A DNA stretch of 64,000 nucleotides from Candidatus Omnitrophota bacterium (GTDB lineage: Bacteria > Omnitrophota > Gorgyraeia > Zapsychrales > JANLHA01). Made by a program: the position numbers and the translations under genes. Numbering within the stretch: position 1 is the stretch's first letter; every line of letters begins with the position of its first letter. The notes under the pieces are model-generated. The model was not told the DNA's origin and searched no databases. It was given only the letters and a program-made list of their open reading frames with translations. This document shows, one piece after another, positions 10,201 through 19,197 of this stretch. The stretch covers positions 2,010,662 to 2,074,661 of the forward strand of contig OY759724.1 of the NCBI GenBank assembly GCA_963662715.1, read 5' to 3'.

Positions 10201-10952
10201 ATGCCCAGGCCCTGCTGGATGACATGATCCGGAATCATCAGCTGACGGCCCGCGGTATTATCGGTTTTTTTCCGGCCAACAGCGTAGGACATGATATTGA
10301 AGTCTATGCGGATGATCACCGCAGCAAAGTTTTAACCGTTTTTCATACTCTGCGGCAGCAGGCCGTAAAATTTGATAAACGGCCGTATTATGCTCTGGCC
10401 GATTTTATAGCGCCTAAGGAAAGCGGCCGGAAAGATTACCTGGGCGGATTTGCTGTGAGCGCCGGTTTTGGCGCTTCAGAGCTTGCCCGGAAATACGAAC
10501 AGGAAAACGATCACTACCGCAGTATTCTCGTTAAGGCTTTGGCGGACCGTTTGGCAGAGGCTTTTGCCGAGCGCATGCACGAGCTGGTCAGGAAAGAATA
10601 CTGGGGCTACGCCGCCGGGGAGAAATTATCCAATGAAGAGATGATTCAATGCAAATATCAGGGGATCAGGCCGGCCCCGGGTTATCCGGCCTGTCCGGAT
10701 CATAGCGAGAAGCCATTATTATTCCGCCTGCTTGATGTGGAAGCCCAGACGGGAATACAGCTCACGGAAAATTTTGCGATGATCCCGGCGTCATCGGTAT
10801 GCGGTTTTTATTTCTCCCACCCCGAATCCAAATATTTCTGGTTGGGAAAAATTGTCGCAGACCAGGTTGAAGATCTTGCTGCGAGAAAAAACATGCCTTT
10901 AAAAGAACTGGAAAAATGGCTGGGGCCTAACTTGGGATATGATCCGTCATAA
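7248..10952 (+). CDS. metH: cobalamin-dependent methionine synthase
   Basis: Hcy-binding '[14 protein letters not shown]', pterin-binding, B12-binding ('[11 protein letters not shown]') and AdoMet-activation domains, about 1230 aa. Start set at ATG 7248, which has the SD 'GGGGAA' 7 nt upstream; the ORF track begins at TTG 7224. Confidence 0.9.
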   Translation: MLNAMNKDTIHPVEALLKDRILILDGAMGTMVQEYNLDEEAVRGELFADHPVDLRRNNDVLSLTQPQIIEDIHLKYFSSGADIIETNTFNANAISLADYQLADRAYELNVASARIARKAADAVRQQDPERPCFVAGSIGPTNRTASMSPDVNDPSYRAVTFDQLVAAYSQQIQGLLDGGVDFLLIETIFDTLNCKAALYAAECVFERNQRRLPLMISGTITDESGRTLSGQTVEAFWISIMHARPFSVGLNCALGADKLRPYIAQLSRIAPCYISCYPNAGLPDGFGGFDQTPEQMAKFLAEFAREGLLNIVGGCCGTTPEFIRKIRDAVKPFKPRMIPSVPVQSSFSGLEPLMVRPDSNFINVGERTNVAGSKKFANLIKEEKYEEALSVARQQVEAGAQVIDVSMDEAMLDSEKAMVTFLNLVAVEPDIARVPVMIDSSRWPVIEAGLKCVQGKSIVNSISLKEGEGPFKKQAVELKRFGAAVVVMAFDEQGQADTKERKIEICRRAYKILTEEVGFPPQDIIFDPNIFAVATGIEEHSRYAVDFIEATRTIKQTLPHCLISGGVSNISFSFRGNNAVREAMHSVFLYHAIQAGMDMGIVNAGMIAVYDDIPKNLLERVEDVLFNKRTDATERLIAYAEQVKQQGPKSAQGDLSWRTLPVEERLAHALVKGIVEYIEEDTEEARQQTRRPLDVIEGPLMKGMSVVGDLFGSGKMFLPQVVKSARVMKKSVAYLTPYIEKEKDSGLVHKLGKILFATVKGDVHDIGKNIVGVVLACNHFEVLDCGVMVPYEKIIETALKEQVDMIGLSGLITPSLDEMVHVAEEMERAGLSVPLLIGGATTSIQHTAVKIAPCYSGPVVHIKDASRCVQISRQLLNPRQRQEIVKDLQAEYQRVRDEFYQRRSESRFLSLSEAQDKGLKTDWTQLQIKKPSFLGTRVFSDFDLTDIRSRIDWSPFFMAWELKGHFPRILDDPQQGEEARRLYEDAQALLDDMIRNHQLTARGIIGFFPANSVGHDIEVYADDHRSKVLTVFHTLRQQAVKFDKRPYYALADFIAPKESGRKDYLGGFAVSAGFGASELARKYEQENDHYRSILVKALADRLAEAFAERMHELVRKEYWGYAAGEKLSNEEMIQCKYQGIRPAPGYPACPDHSEKPLLFRLLDVEAQTGIQLTENFAMIPASSVCGFYFSHPESKYFWLGKIVADQVEDLAARKNMPLKELEKWLGPNLGYDPS

Positions 10953-11164
10953 CCCGGTTTTGTCTCATGTCCCCGGAACCCCGGCGGTCCTGTCCGGAAG
11001 ACAAACCCCCGGAGTTGGGAAAGAAAACAGGGGACATGGGTGTTGGTGTCCGGTCTTGCCGGACAAACGCTTTCTTGATCAACGGGTTGCAAGGTAAAAG
11101 AGTCTTGCATAATTCCTCATTTTGTCTTGTCTTCGTCCTCTGAAATAGTTAAAATTAATCTACT

Positions 11165-11554
11165 ATGAGTGCGGAAATTCATAAAAGAAAAATTCTTATC
11201 ATTGATGACGATCTGGGTGTTTTACGTCTTGTCGAAACATTGCTGGGAGCCCATGGTTATGCGGTCTCATCGACCAATGATGCCGCACAGGGTTTAGAAA
11301 TGGCGATAAAAACACCTCCGGATCTCATTGTTCTGGATGTGATGATGCCGATCATTAACGGTTTTAATATTTGCCGTCTGCTGAAATCCCAGGAAGAAGC
11401 CAAGGAGATCCCGGTCGTTCTTCTGACATCAAGGTCCGCGGATGAAGATTTTGCGATAGGGCAGGAAGTCGGGGCTAATGCCTATCTTTCCAAACCCATT
11501 GATACGAGTGTATTCCTTAATAAAGTGAAGGAACTGCTGTCCGTCTCAAAATGA
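11165..11554 (+). CDS. single-domain response regulator receiver (CheY-like)
   Basis: 'ILIIDDDLGVLRLVE...DLIVLDVMMP...KPIDT' carries the phospho-acceptor Asp context. There is no output domain. Confidence 0.8.
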   Translation: MSAEIHKRKILIIDDDLGVLRLVETLLGAHGYAVSSTNDAAQGLEMAIKTPPDLIVLDVMMPIINGFNICRLLKSQEEAKEIPVVLLTSRSADEDFAIGQEVGANAYLSKPIDTSVFLNKVKELLSVSK

Positions 11555-11625
11555 CAAATCCGTTTCGGTGTTTTTCAAAATGTCTCGTCATTCATCCTGA
11601 ATTATAAGAAAGCCAGCAGAGAATT

Positions 11626-12423
11626 ATGGATAATTTTTTTGCAAAATTAGGCCGTCCGATCATGGAATGGATCAATGTCCTCAAGGGTTTTATGCATTTG
11701 AGTCTGCAGACTTTTTACTGGATCATCTTCGGCCCTTTTCAGGACAAGCCCGTGAAGCGTCAGACAGCGTTCGAGCAAATGGTTTTTATGGGCATTCAGT
11801 CCATTCTTATCGTTTTTTTCGTGATGTTTTTTACCGGCGTCGTTCTGGCCATGCAGTCGGCGTATCAATTATCGAAACTCGGCGGGACAATTTACGTCGC
11901 GAGTTTAACCTCGGTCTCCATCTGCCGGGAACTGGGACCCGTTTTGACCGCGTTAGTCGTTGCCGGCCGCATCGGGGCAGCCATCACAGCCGAAATCGGT
12001 TCGATGCAGGTCAATGAACAAATAGAAGCCCTGGAAACGATGGCGATTAATCCGATCCGCTTCCTCGTCGCGCCAAAACTTGTGTCCCTGTTCGTCATGC
12101 TGCCCTGCCTGACGATCTTGGGCAACCTTTCCGGGATTTTAGGAGGATATGTGATCGGTGTTTATAACCTGGGGATTAACGCGCACCTTTATGTGCAGAC
12201 GACTTTTAAATATTTAACCTTGAAAGATATTTATACGGGTCTTTCAAAATCCTTCGTTTTTGCCATTATCATCGTTTTGGTCGGCGCCTATCAGGGGCTA
12301 AAAACCAAGGGCGGCGCCGTTGGCGTGGGGAAGCATACGACCATCAGTGTCGTAACGAGTTTTATTCTGATCATTGTGGCGGATTGTATTGTGACCGGGA
12401 TTTATTATTTTCATAATATGTGA
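11626..12423 (+). CDS. mlaE: MlaE-family ABC permease (phospholipid/toluene tolerance)
   Basis: 'GPVLTALVVAGRIGAAITAEIGSMQVNEQIEALETMAINP' is the MlaE/Ttg2B signature. Confidence 0.8.
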   Translation: MDNFFAKLGRPIMEWINVLKGFMHLSLQTFYWIIFGPFQDKPVKRQTAFEQMVFMGIQSILIVFFVMFFTGVVLAMQSAYQLSKLGGTIYVASLTSVSICRELGPVLTALVVAGRIGAAITAEIGSMQVNEQIEALETMAINPIRFLVAPKLVSLFVMLPCLTILGNLSGILGGYVIGVYNLGINAHLYVQTTFKYLTLKDIYTGLSKSFVFAIIIVLVGAYQGLKTKGGAVGVGKHTTISVVTSFILIIVADCIVTGIYYFHNM

Positions 12424-12456
12424 TGTGCGCAAGATACGGGATTCCGGCAGGGGGTA

Positions 12457-13290
12457 TTGGAAACAGGACTTAAAAAAGAGAAAGGTTTTTCCATGACAGA
12501 CAGGCCGATCGCGATATCTGTACAGAATCTGGTTAAGACTTTTGACGGACGGACGGTCTTAGAAAATATTAACCTGGATGTTTATCAGGGGGAAACTTTT
12601 GTCATTATGGGCGGATCGGGATGCGGAAAGAGCACGCTCCTGCGGCATATGACAGGAGCCATTCAGCCGGACTCAGGGAAGGTTTTTTTTCACGGCAAGG
12701 AAGTGACTTCGATGACGGAGCAGGATAAGGAGAGAATTAAGCGACGTTTCGGAATGAGTTTCCAATCAGCGGCTTTGATCGATTATATGACTGTCGCGGA
12801 GAATGTCAGCCTGCCTCTTCTCGAACATACGAAACTGGATCCCAGAATTATCAATATCATTGTAAGAATGAAGCTGAGCCTTGTCGGAATGCAGGGGTTT
12901 GAGCACTTGATGCCGAGCATGTTGTCGGGGGGGATGAAAAAACGCGTGGGGTTAGCCAGGGCGATTGCGATGGATCCGGAAGTTGTTTTCTACGATGAGC
13001 CCACAGCCGGCCTGGACCCGATTGTTTCCGCTGTGGTCGATAAGCTGATTTTGGATTTGAACAAAAAGTTGCTTTTGACATCGGTCGTTGTCACGCATAA
13101 TATGGAAAGCGTATTCAGGATTGCCGATCGTGTCGTCATGCTGCATAACGGACATGTTTTACAGATCGGTACTCCGGAAGAAATCCGAAGCTCGGGTAAT
13201 GCCATCGTTCAGCAGTTTATCCGGGGTGATATCAACGGTCCTATTAATATTATGGACCAGAATTCCCTGGAATCTTTGCCTCAGGCATGA
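12457..13290 (+). CDS. mlaF: MlaF-family ABC ATP-binding protein
   Basis: Walker A 'GGSGCGKST', 'LSGGMKKRVGLARA' and 'VFYDEPTAGLDP'. Probable start at the internal Met 'MTDRPIA'. Confidence 0.8.
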   Translation: METGLKKEKGFSMTDRPIAISVQNLVKTFDGRTVLENINLDVYQGETFVIMGGSGCGKSTLLRHMTGAIQPDSGKVFFHGKEVTSMTEQDKERIKRRFGMSFQSAALIDYMTVAENVSLPLLEHTKLDPRIINIIVRMKLSLVGMQGFEHLMPSMLSGGMKKRVGLARAIAMDPEVVFYDEPTAGLDPIVSAVVDKLILDLNKKLLLTSVVVTHNMESVFRIADRVVMLHNGHVLQIGTPEEIRSSGNAIVQQFIRGDINGPINIMDQNSLESLPQA

Positions 13291-13322
13291 CAGGAGACTC
13301 GGGCCATTAAAAGGGGAATATC

Positions 13323-14033
13323 ATGACAATAAATAATGAAACAAAAGTGGGGATTTTAATCGTCATTGCGCTGGCCATCCTCGGGTACATAACGGTTAAC
13401 GTCGGAGATTTCCATATCACGGAAAAAGGGTATGAACTTAAAGTCCATTTCATGAATATTGACGGCATTGACTTAAACTCCCCGGTCACGCTCAACGGAT
13501 TGGAAATCGGCCGGGTGAAGGATATCCGCATCATTTACGGCGAAAAGCCCAAGGTGGAATTGACGTTATGGATTAAAGATGAAATTAAGGTTCTCCGGGG
13601 AGTTCAGGCGCATGTTAAAAACTTGGGTTTTATGGGAGAAAAGTATGTCGGGTTGACCATGACGGAAGAAAGCCAGGGGTACTTGTCTCCCGGGGAAGTT
13701 GTCGCGGGGATAGAGCCGACCAGCTTTGAGAATTTGCTGAAACAGGGAGAAGTTATTGCTACCAATATTAAAGAAATATCCGGAAACATTAACGAAAGGC
13801 TAAAGGTCAATTCCCAGGCCATTGACGACGTTATTTCGGATATGCGTTCAACGATGAAAAATGTGAATGCCATATCAGAAAATATTAACGAGCGCTTTGC
13901 GGTTAATGAACACTTGGTTGACGAAATGATGCTGCATGCCAATAAGACAACCCAGAACCTGGAAGAGCTCAGTTATGATTTGAAAGAAAATCCGTGGAAG
14001 TTGCTGTATAAATCTAAAAAGGAAAAAGAATAG
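13323..14033 (+). CDS. mlaD: MlaD / MCE-domain protein
   Basis: N-terminal TM, then an MCE fold ('VTLNGLEIGRVKDI') and a C-terminal coiled-coil-like tail. Confidence 0.75.
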   Translation: MTINNETKVGILIVIALAILGYITVNVGDFHITEKGYELKVHFMNIDGIDLNSPVTLNGLEIGRVKDIRIIYGEKPKVELTLWIKDEIKVLRGVQAHVKNLGFMGEKYVGLTMTEESQGYLSPGEVVAGIEPTSFENLLKQGEVIATNIKEISGNINERLKVNSQAIDDVISDMRSTMKNVNAISENINERFAVNEHLVDEMMLHANKTTQNLEELSYDLKENPWKLLYKSKKEKE

Positions 14034-14060
14034 TCAGGGTATTGATGCAAGGGAATTGTT

Positions 14061-14237
14061 ATGGAGTATAAATGTCCGGTTTGCGGTAAGAATTTGAAGG
14101 AAGATTTGCCTGAGTATATGGATCATACAGAAAAACATATCATTGATGTCATTAAAGAAAAACATCCGGAATGGGTCGAAAAGGACGGGCTGTGTCATAA
14201 ATGCCTGGAGTATTATAAAAAAGAGATGTCGGGATAA
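14061..14237 (+). CDS. small (58 aa) zinc-ribbon protein with two CxxC motifs. It is absent from the ORF track because it is under 60 aa.
   Basis: ATG at 14061 reads 'MEYKCPVCGKNLKEDLPEYMDHTEKHIIDVIKEKHPEWVEKDGLCHKCLEYYKKEMSG' to TAA at 14235-14237. It fills the mlaD to next-gene gap exactly. Confidence 0.4.
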   Translation: MEYKCPVCGKNLKEDLPEYMDHTEKHIIDVIKEKHPEWVEKDGLCHKCLEYYKKEMSG

Positions 14238-14282
14238 AATATTTATAAAGGACAACGATACACAAGAGAGGGTTGTAAGACA

Positions 14283-15068
14283 ATGAAAGCCTTTAAATTT
14301 TTATTATTTTTGTTGATATTCATGATCGTTGCAGTTATTTTTACGAAAAATTTTGTCGTTAAAGCAGGTATTGAACAAGGCGTTAAAATTGTTACCGGTC
14401 TGCCGTTGAAGATTCATTATATGAATATCAATCTGAGGGAGTCGTCTGTCCATATCCAGGGATTCCAATTGTATAACCCTCCCGGATTTTTTGACCCGAT
14501 CATGCTTGATGTCCCGGAGGTTTACGTGAATATTGATATGCTCGCATTATTGAACAGGAAAATTCATGTTGAGGAGATTCGGTTCCATCTAAAGGAATTT
14601 GCCGTTATCACAAACAAAGACAAGGAATTGAACCTGAATAAACTGAAAGCTTTGCAGCCGCCGGAAGACCGTTCTCCCGCGGAAGAATCAGCTCCTGCCG
14701 AGAAACAGGAGCTTCCTGATATCCAAATTGATTCCCTTCAGCTGAAAATCGACAAGGTTGTTTCTAAAGATTATTCCAGGGGGGATAAGCCCGTCATTAA
14801 TGAATACACCGTTGGAATAGATGAGACAATTGAGAATATTGATGACCCGTACCGTTTGGTCCAAATTATTGTCTTTAAAAGTTTAATAAAGACTCCGCTG
14901 GCGAATCTTCCGGCATTGAATATGGAGGAGCTGAAGTCAATGGTAGGAGACACCATCGATACGGCGAAAGGCCTTGCACAGGATATCGTGGATTCGACAG
15001 GTGATGCCATCAAAGGCACCGTCAACGAGATTACGGATATTATTCAATTGCCGTTCGGGTCGAAATGA
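14283..15068 (+). CDS. hypothetical membrane-anchored protein, possibly an AsmA-like/DUF748-type lipid-transfer domain
   Basis: N-terminal TM 'FKFLLFLLIFMIVAVIF', followed by 'LPLKIHYMNINLRESSVHIQGFQLYNPPGF', which resembles AsmA-family N-terminal repeats. It is adjacent to the Mla genes. Confidence 0.4.
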   Translation: MKAFKFLLFLLIFMIVAVIFTKNFVVKAGIEQGVKIVTGLPLKIHYMNINLRESSVHIQGFQLYNPPGFFDPIMLDVPEVYVNIDMLALLNRKIHVEEIRFHLKEFAVITNKDKELNLNKLKALQPPEDRSPAEESAPAEKQELPDIQIDSLQLKIDKVVSKDYSRGDKPVINEYTVGIDETIENIDDPYRLVQIIVFKSLIKTPLANLPALNMEELKSMVGDTIDTAKGLAQDIVDSTGDAIKGTVNEITDIIQLPFGSK

Positions 15069-15152
15069 GTTCCGGACGAATTTTAAATTATTGTTAGGAA
15101 ATATTACTTGGATTATTATTGTGCGGTGATGTCCCTTCGTTAGGATATATTT

Positions 15153-15827
15153 ATGCAATTACAGGGCAATTTTTTTGATTATTTTGTCGTGTTTTGGGCC
15201 GGAGTCGTGGTGAGCTTTACACCTTGTGTCTATCCTGTGATCCCTTTGGTTGCCAGCGTTATCGCCGGGGTCAATACAAAAGGGACAAAACTGATGGGAT
15301 TTGTTATCTCCCTTGTTTATGTGTCCGGGATGGCGGTGACCTATTGCGGGCTGGCGGCCGTGGCGTCGTTAACAGGAAAAATTTTTGGCCAAATGCAGAA
15401 TACGCCTTTTATTTTCCTGCTGGTCGGGAATGTCTTGTTATTGTTTGCTTTGGTTATGCTGGATGTGATCCCCTGGCCGGTGTTTGGCATGAACTGGCAG
15501 AGCGGTGTTAAAACTAAAAGTCTCGGGTCGGTCTTGTTGCTGGGATGTGTTTCCGGGTTAGTCGTGGGCCCGTGTACGGCGCCGATTCTCGGCACAATCT
15601 TGCTTTATGTCGCTTCCAAGCAGAATCTGGCCCATGCCATGAGTCTTTTATTCGTTTTCTCTTACGGTGTGGGGGCATCATTAATCATCGTTGGAACATT
15701 CAGCGGCATCCTCAGCCAGATGCCCAGGTCGGGGACGTGGCTCGTGAGAATCAAACAGCTTTGCGCTTTGGTTCTTGTCATTCTGGCAGAATATTATTTC
15801 GTAAAAGCCGGCCGGTTGATGCTTTGA
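15153..15827 (+). CDS. ccdA: cytochrome c-type biogenesis/thiol-disulfide transporter CcdA (DsbD transmembrane domain)
   Basis: 'VSFTPCVYPVIP' and 'VVGPCTAPILG' are the two conserved Cys-containing TM motifs of the DsbD_2 family. Confidence 0.75.
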   Translation: MQLQGNFFDYFVVFWAGVVVSFTPCVYPVIPLVASVIAGVNTKGTKLMGFVISLVYVSGMAVTYCGLAAVASLTGKIFGQMQNTPFIFLLVGNVLLLFALVMLDVIPWPVFGMNWQSGVKTKSLGSVLLLGCVSGLVVGPCTAPILGTILLYVASKQNLAHAMSLLFVFSYGVGASLIIVGTFSGILSQMPRSGTWLVRIKQLCALVLVILAEYYFVKAGRLML

Positions 15828-15922
15828 TTTTTTCTTCCTCCCGGGCTTTGCTCCTTTAGAATATGGTCGCGAATAAAAGACATGCTCCGTTCGAGGGGAA
15901 GACTCCGGACGCCTGAATTTTC

Positions 15923-17740
15923 ATGATGATTTTCAATGAAAAAATTTTCCGCCGCTGTCTTACGGTCCTTTTTCTTGTCCTCTGTCTTCAGGGGGGCTGG
16001 TTTCTCGCCAGAAAAGTCTATATTTCTGCAAAAATGTTCGCCGACGCCGGTTTGGATTATGACACATTACGCCGGCAATCAGAAGTTTCGCTGGCGGCTT
16101 TGCGGACCCGGGAGCTGTTGCCGCCTCGGGCCGATGTGTCGCTCCCCCCGAGTCAACGAACCCTTTCCAAGGTCCTGATTACTTATCTCCTTTTCCCGCA
16201 TCGTATTGTAGAATCGAGTCATTATCTCCTGGACTGGAACCAGCGGGTCACTGTTTATCCTCCCGGATGGGAGAGAATCCCTCTTACTTCGAATATTTTT
16301 TTATATGTGCATGGAAAAGAAGTTAAGCCCTTGTCGCCTTCTCCGTATCCTAAGTTGCCGCTCGCCGTTCTCCTGCCGGGCGTCGTTTGTTTTTTTGCGT
16401 ATAATGTTCTGTTGGGCAGTTTTGTCCTGCAAGCCTTGCATATCGCCCGCTGCCGGTATGATGATGCCTGGTATTACATGACGAGTTATTTGTTGGGATA
16501 TGTCGTATCAACGACGATGATATGGCTGCTTCTTTTAGCCGGGATGAAGTTGACGGCCGGTTCGGTGCTTTTCTGCTGGGGGACGCTGTGTGTGCTTGCG
16601 GGATGGATCCCCTGTTGGCAGCGCACATCCCGGGAAAAACAAATTTTACAGAGTCAGGATAATGTTGCAACGCAGGGCAAAATCTTGACTGCGGTTACGG
16701 GCTGGATATTGTTTTTGGTCCTGAGCGCTATATTTGTGGTAGCTGTTTCAAGCGGCGTTTCGGATTGGGACGGAATGTCACATTGGATCCTTAAATCCAA
16801 AGTATTTTATTATTATCAGGGGCTGAGATTCGATGCCACCCACCTGAATTCTTATCCGCTTTTATGGCCGTTAAACATCGCCTGTCAGTTCGTTTTGATG
16901 GGCGGGATGTTCGATGAACTAGCGAAATGGACGGCGGGTTTTTTCTTCCTGGCCTTCGTTGTGCAGCTTGAAAAATCCCTGCAGTATCTCGGCCTGAAGA
17001 CACATTGGCGCCGTTTGATTCTTGTTTTTTATGTGGTTTCCGCTTTTCACGACATTTTGAAACCCTGGTGGTATGTGCATTTTGTGTTCGCCAATGCCGA
17101 GAACATGTTTTTGGCTTTATGGGCGGCTGTTTTGACGCTCGTGATAAGATGGGTAAAAGACAAAAAACAAACAAATGCCTTGTGGCTGGCGCTTATTTTT
17201 ATGGCCGGCTTAAACCTGACAAAAGTTGAAGGCATGGTCGCGACAGGAATCCTGGGCGTCGTCATGAGTGTCCTTTTCCGTCGGGAAATATTTTGTCGAA
17301 AGGGACGGTTGAGTTTATGGCTGTGTTTGGCTTTTCTGTCCCTGGCCGTTCCGGTAGGCTGGTGGCAATGGCTTAAATGGCAGGGATATTCCCCGAGTTT
17401 TTCCCATATGCAGGAAGGATTGTCCTTGGTCAAACTTTTTTTATTATTTAAGATCAATTTAAAGCATTCTTTTGTCAACAATATGCCTATCCTGACGCTC
17501 CTTCTGGGGATATATGTTCTTGTTTTCCGCCGGGCCAGCCGATGGAGCGAGTCTGATATCCTGTTGGGGCTCATATCTGCGGGGATGATTTTTTTCACCT
17601 GGGGGGCGCATATCGGATATTCTTCAGATGAGATGAAAGTTATTCCCCCGGAAGTTTTTATAAGACTTTTTCTTCACGCAACCCCGCCGCTGGTCCTTTT
17701 CTTTTCAAGCCGGCTGTCTTCCGCACATTTTAAGGATTGA
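15923..17740 (+). CDS. large polytopic integral membrane protein of unknown function (at least 12 TM)
   Basis: 605 aa, hydrophobic throughout, with no recognisable catalytic motif. Confidence 0.6.
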   Translation: MMIFNEKIFRRCLTVLFLVLCLQGGWFLARKVYISAKMFADAGLDYDTLRRQSEVSLAALRTRELLPPRADVSLPPSQRTLSKVLITYLLFPHRIVESSHYLLDWNQRVTVYPPGWERIPLTSNIFLYVHGKEVKPLSPSPYPKLPLAVLLPGVVCFFAYNVLLGSFVLQALHIARCRYDDAWYYMTSYLLGYVVSTTMIWLLLLAGMKLTAGSVLFCWGTLCVLAGWIPCWQRTSREKQILQSQDNVATQGKILTAVTGWILFLVLSAIFVVAVSSGVSDWDGMSHWILKSKVFYYYQGLRFDATHLNSYPLLWPLNIACQFVLMGGMFDELAKWTAGFFFLAFVVQLEKSLQYLGLKTHWRRLILVFYVVSAFHDILKPWWYVHFVFANAENMFLALWAAVLTLVIRWVKDKKQTNALWLALIFMAGLNLTKVEGMVATGILGVVMSVLFRREIFCRKGRLSLWLCLAFLSLAVPVGWWQWLKWQGYSPSFSHMQEGLSLVKLFLLFKINLKHSFVNNMPILTLLLGIYVLVFRRASRWSESDILLGLISAGMIFFTWGAHIGYSSDEMKVIPPEVFIRLFLHATPPLVLFFSSRLSSAHFKD

Positions 17741-17775
17741 GAAAACAACTGCGGGTTCAGCGGAATACAGGGGCA

Positions 17776-17804
17776 TTGCGGTGAGGAATGTTTTTCTGTA
17801 TAAT
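17776..17804 (+). promoter_or_regulatory. candidate promoter for the EndoQ-like/helicase operon (TTGCGG-N17-TATAAT, TG adjacent to -10)
   Basis: -35 'ttgcgg' at 17776-17781, -10 'tataat' at 17799-17804, and TG at 17797-17798. Confidence 0.35.
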
Positions 17805-17900
17805 GTGCTCAATTATAGCGAGCCGTTATGTTAGGCGTACGAGGTTTCCAAATAAAATTATAAGAAAATTCAATGTCATTCAAATTTAGGTGTTGTTCCT

Positions 17901-19190
17901 ATGAAATATTACGCAGACTTTCATATCCATTCTCATTTCTCCCGGGCAACAAGCAAAGAACTCAATCTTGAACATTTATTTGTTTGGGCCCAAATCAAAG
18001 GGATTCAGGTTGTCAGCACCGGGGATTTTGTGCATCCCGGATGGTTGAAGGAGCTGAGGGAAAAACTTGTTCCGGCGGAGGACGGTTTGTACCGGTTAAG
18101 GCCGGATTTAGCCAAGCCCATGCAATCCCGTGTCCCTCCGGCTTGCCAGGGGGAAGTCAGGTTTATTTTATCGGCGGAGATTTCCAATATCTATAAAAGA
18201 ATGGACAAGGTCCGTAAAGTGCATAACGTGATCCTCGCCCCTAATTTATCTGTCGCTGAAGCTGTTCAGGGCCGGTTGGATGAGATAGGGAACATCCGTT
18301 CAGACGGCCGTCCTATCCTGGGGCTGGATTCCCGTAATCTGCTGGAAATTGTCCTGGAATCTGATCCTTTGAGCTTTCTTGTCCCGGCCCACATCTGGAC
18401 GCCGTGGTTTTCAGCCCTGGGCTCCAAAGGCGGCTTTGACCGCATCGAGGATTGTTTCGCCGATTTGACTCCGGAAATTTTTGCCGTGGAAACCGGCCTG
18501 TCTTCCGATCCTCCCATGAATTGGCGTTTGAGCCAATTGGACCCTTTTGTCATGGTTTCTTGTTCGGATGCTCATTCTCCGGCAAAACTGGGGCGCGAGT
18601 CGACCATCCTGGAAACGGATTTATCTTATCCGGCTATGTATAAAGCTTTGAAAGACCGTTCCGATAAAGGGCTGATCGGAACAGTGGAATTTTACCCTGA
18701 AGAAGGGAAGTATCATTATGACGGGCACCGGCAATGTCGGCAGCGCCTTCATCCCAGGCAAACCATAGCGAATAAAGGCCTTTGTCCGGAATGCGGGAAA
18801 CCGGTTACTGTCGGCGTTATGGCCCGCGTCGAGGAATTGGCCGATCACCCGGACGGCCGGAAATCTCCGAATGCCCGTGAATATTTCAGTTTGATCCCTT
18901 TGCCGGAAATCATCTCCGAGGCCCGGGGTGTCGGAGTCAATTCCAAAGCTGTCCAGACTGTTTTTATGGAAATGCTTGCAAAACTCGGTAATGAAATGGC
19001 GATTTTACAACATATCCCTGTTGCGGAAATTCAGAAGGTCAGCGGCAGTGTCATTGCCGAGGGGATACGGAGAATGAGGGAAGGACAAGTTGAGATCGCT
19101 GCGGGCTATGACGGTGAGTATGGAAAAATTAAGCTGTTCTCGGAAGATGAACGGGACAGCATCGACAACCAGCTCACCTTATTTGGGTAA
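17901..19190 (+). CDS. endonuclease Q-like PHP-domain protein (TIGR00375-like) with an internal zinc-finger
   Basis: N-terminal PHP signature 'YADFHIHSHFSRATSK...VVSTGDFVHPGW'. A His/Cys cluster 'HYDGHRQCRQRLHPRQTIANKGLCPECGKP' lies at the position of the EndoQ Zn-finger. Length about 429 aa, close to archaeal EndoQ. Confidence 0.5.
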   Translation: MKYYADFHIHSHFSRATSKELNLEHLFVWAQIKGIQVVSTGDFVHPGWLKELREKLVPAEDGLYRLRPDLAKPMQSRVPPACQGEVRFILSAEISNIYKRMDKVRKVHNVILAPNLSVAEAVQGRLDEIGNIRSDGRPILGLDSRNLLEIVLESDPLSFLVPAHIWTPWFSALGSKGGFDRIEDCFADLTPEIFAVETGLSSDPPMNWRLSQLDPFVMVSCSDAHSPAKLGRESTILETDLSYPAMYKALKDRSDKGLIGTVEFYPEEGKYHYDGHRQCRQRLHPRQTIANKGLCPECGKPVTVGVMARVEELADHPDGRKSPNAREYFSLIPLPEIISEARGVGVNSKAVQTVFMEMLAKLGNEMAILQHIPVAEIQKVSGSVIAEGIRRMREGQVEIAAGYDGEYGKIKLFSEDERDSIDNQLTLFG

Positions 19191-19197
19191 AACTTTG

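Noticed and set aside
10963-11063. Long-range inverted repeats (CATGTCCCC/GGGGACATG; GTCCGG-tcttg-CCGGAC) downstream of metH
   Set aside because: The hairpins are not followed by a convincing T-tract. They may be weak terminators or REP-like structure, but the evidence is insufficient for a feature call.
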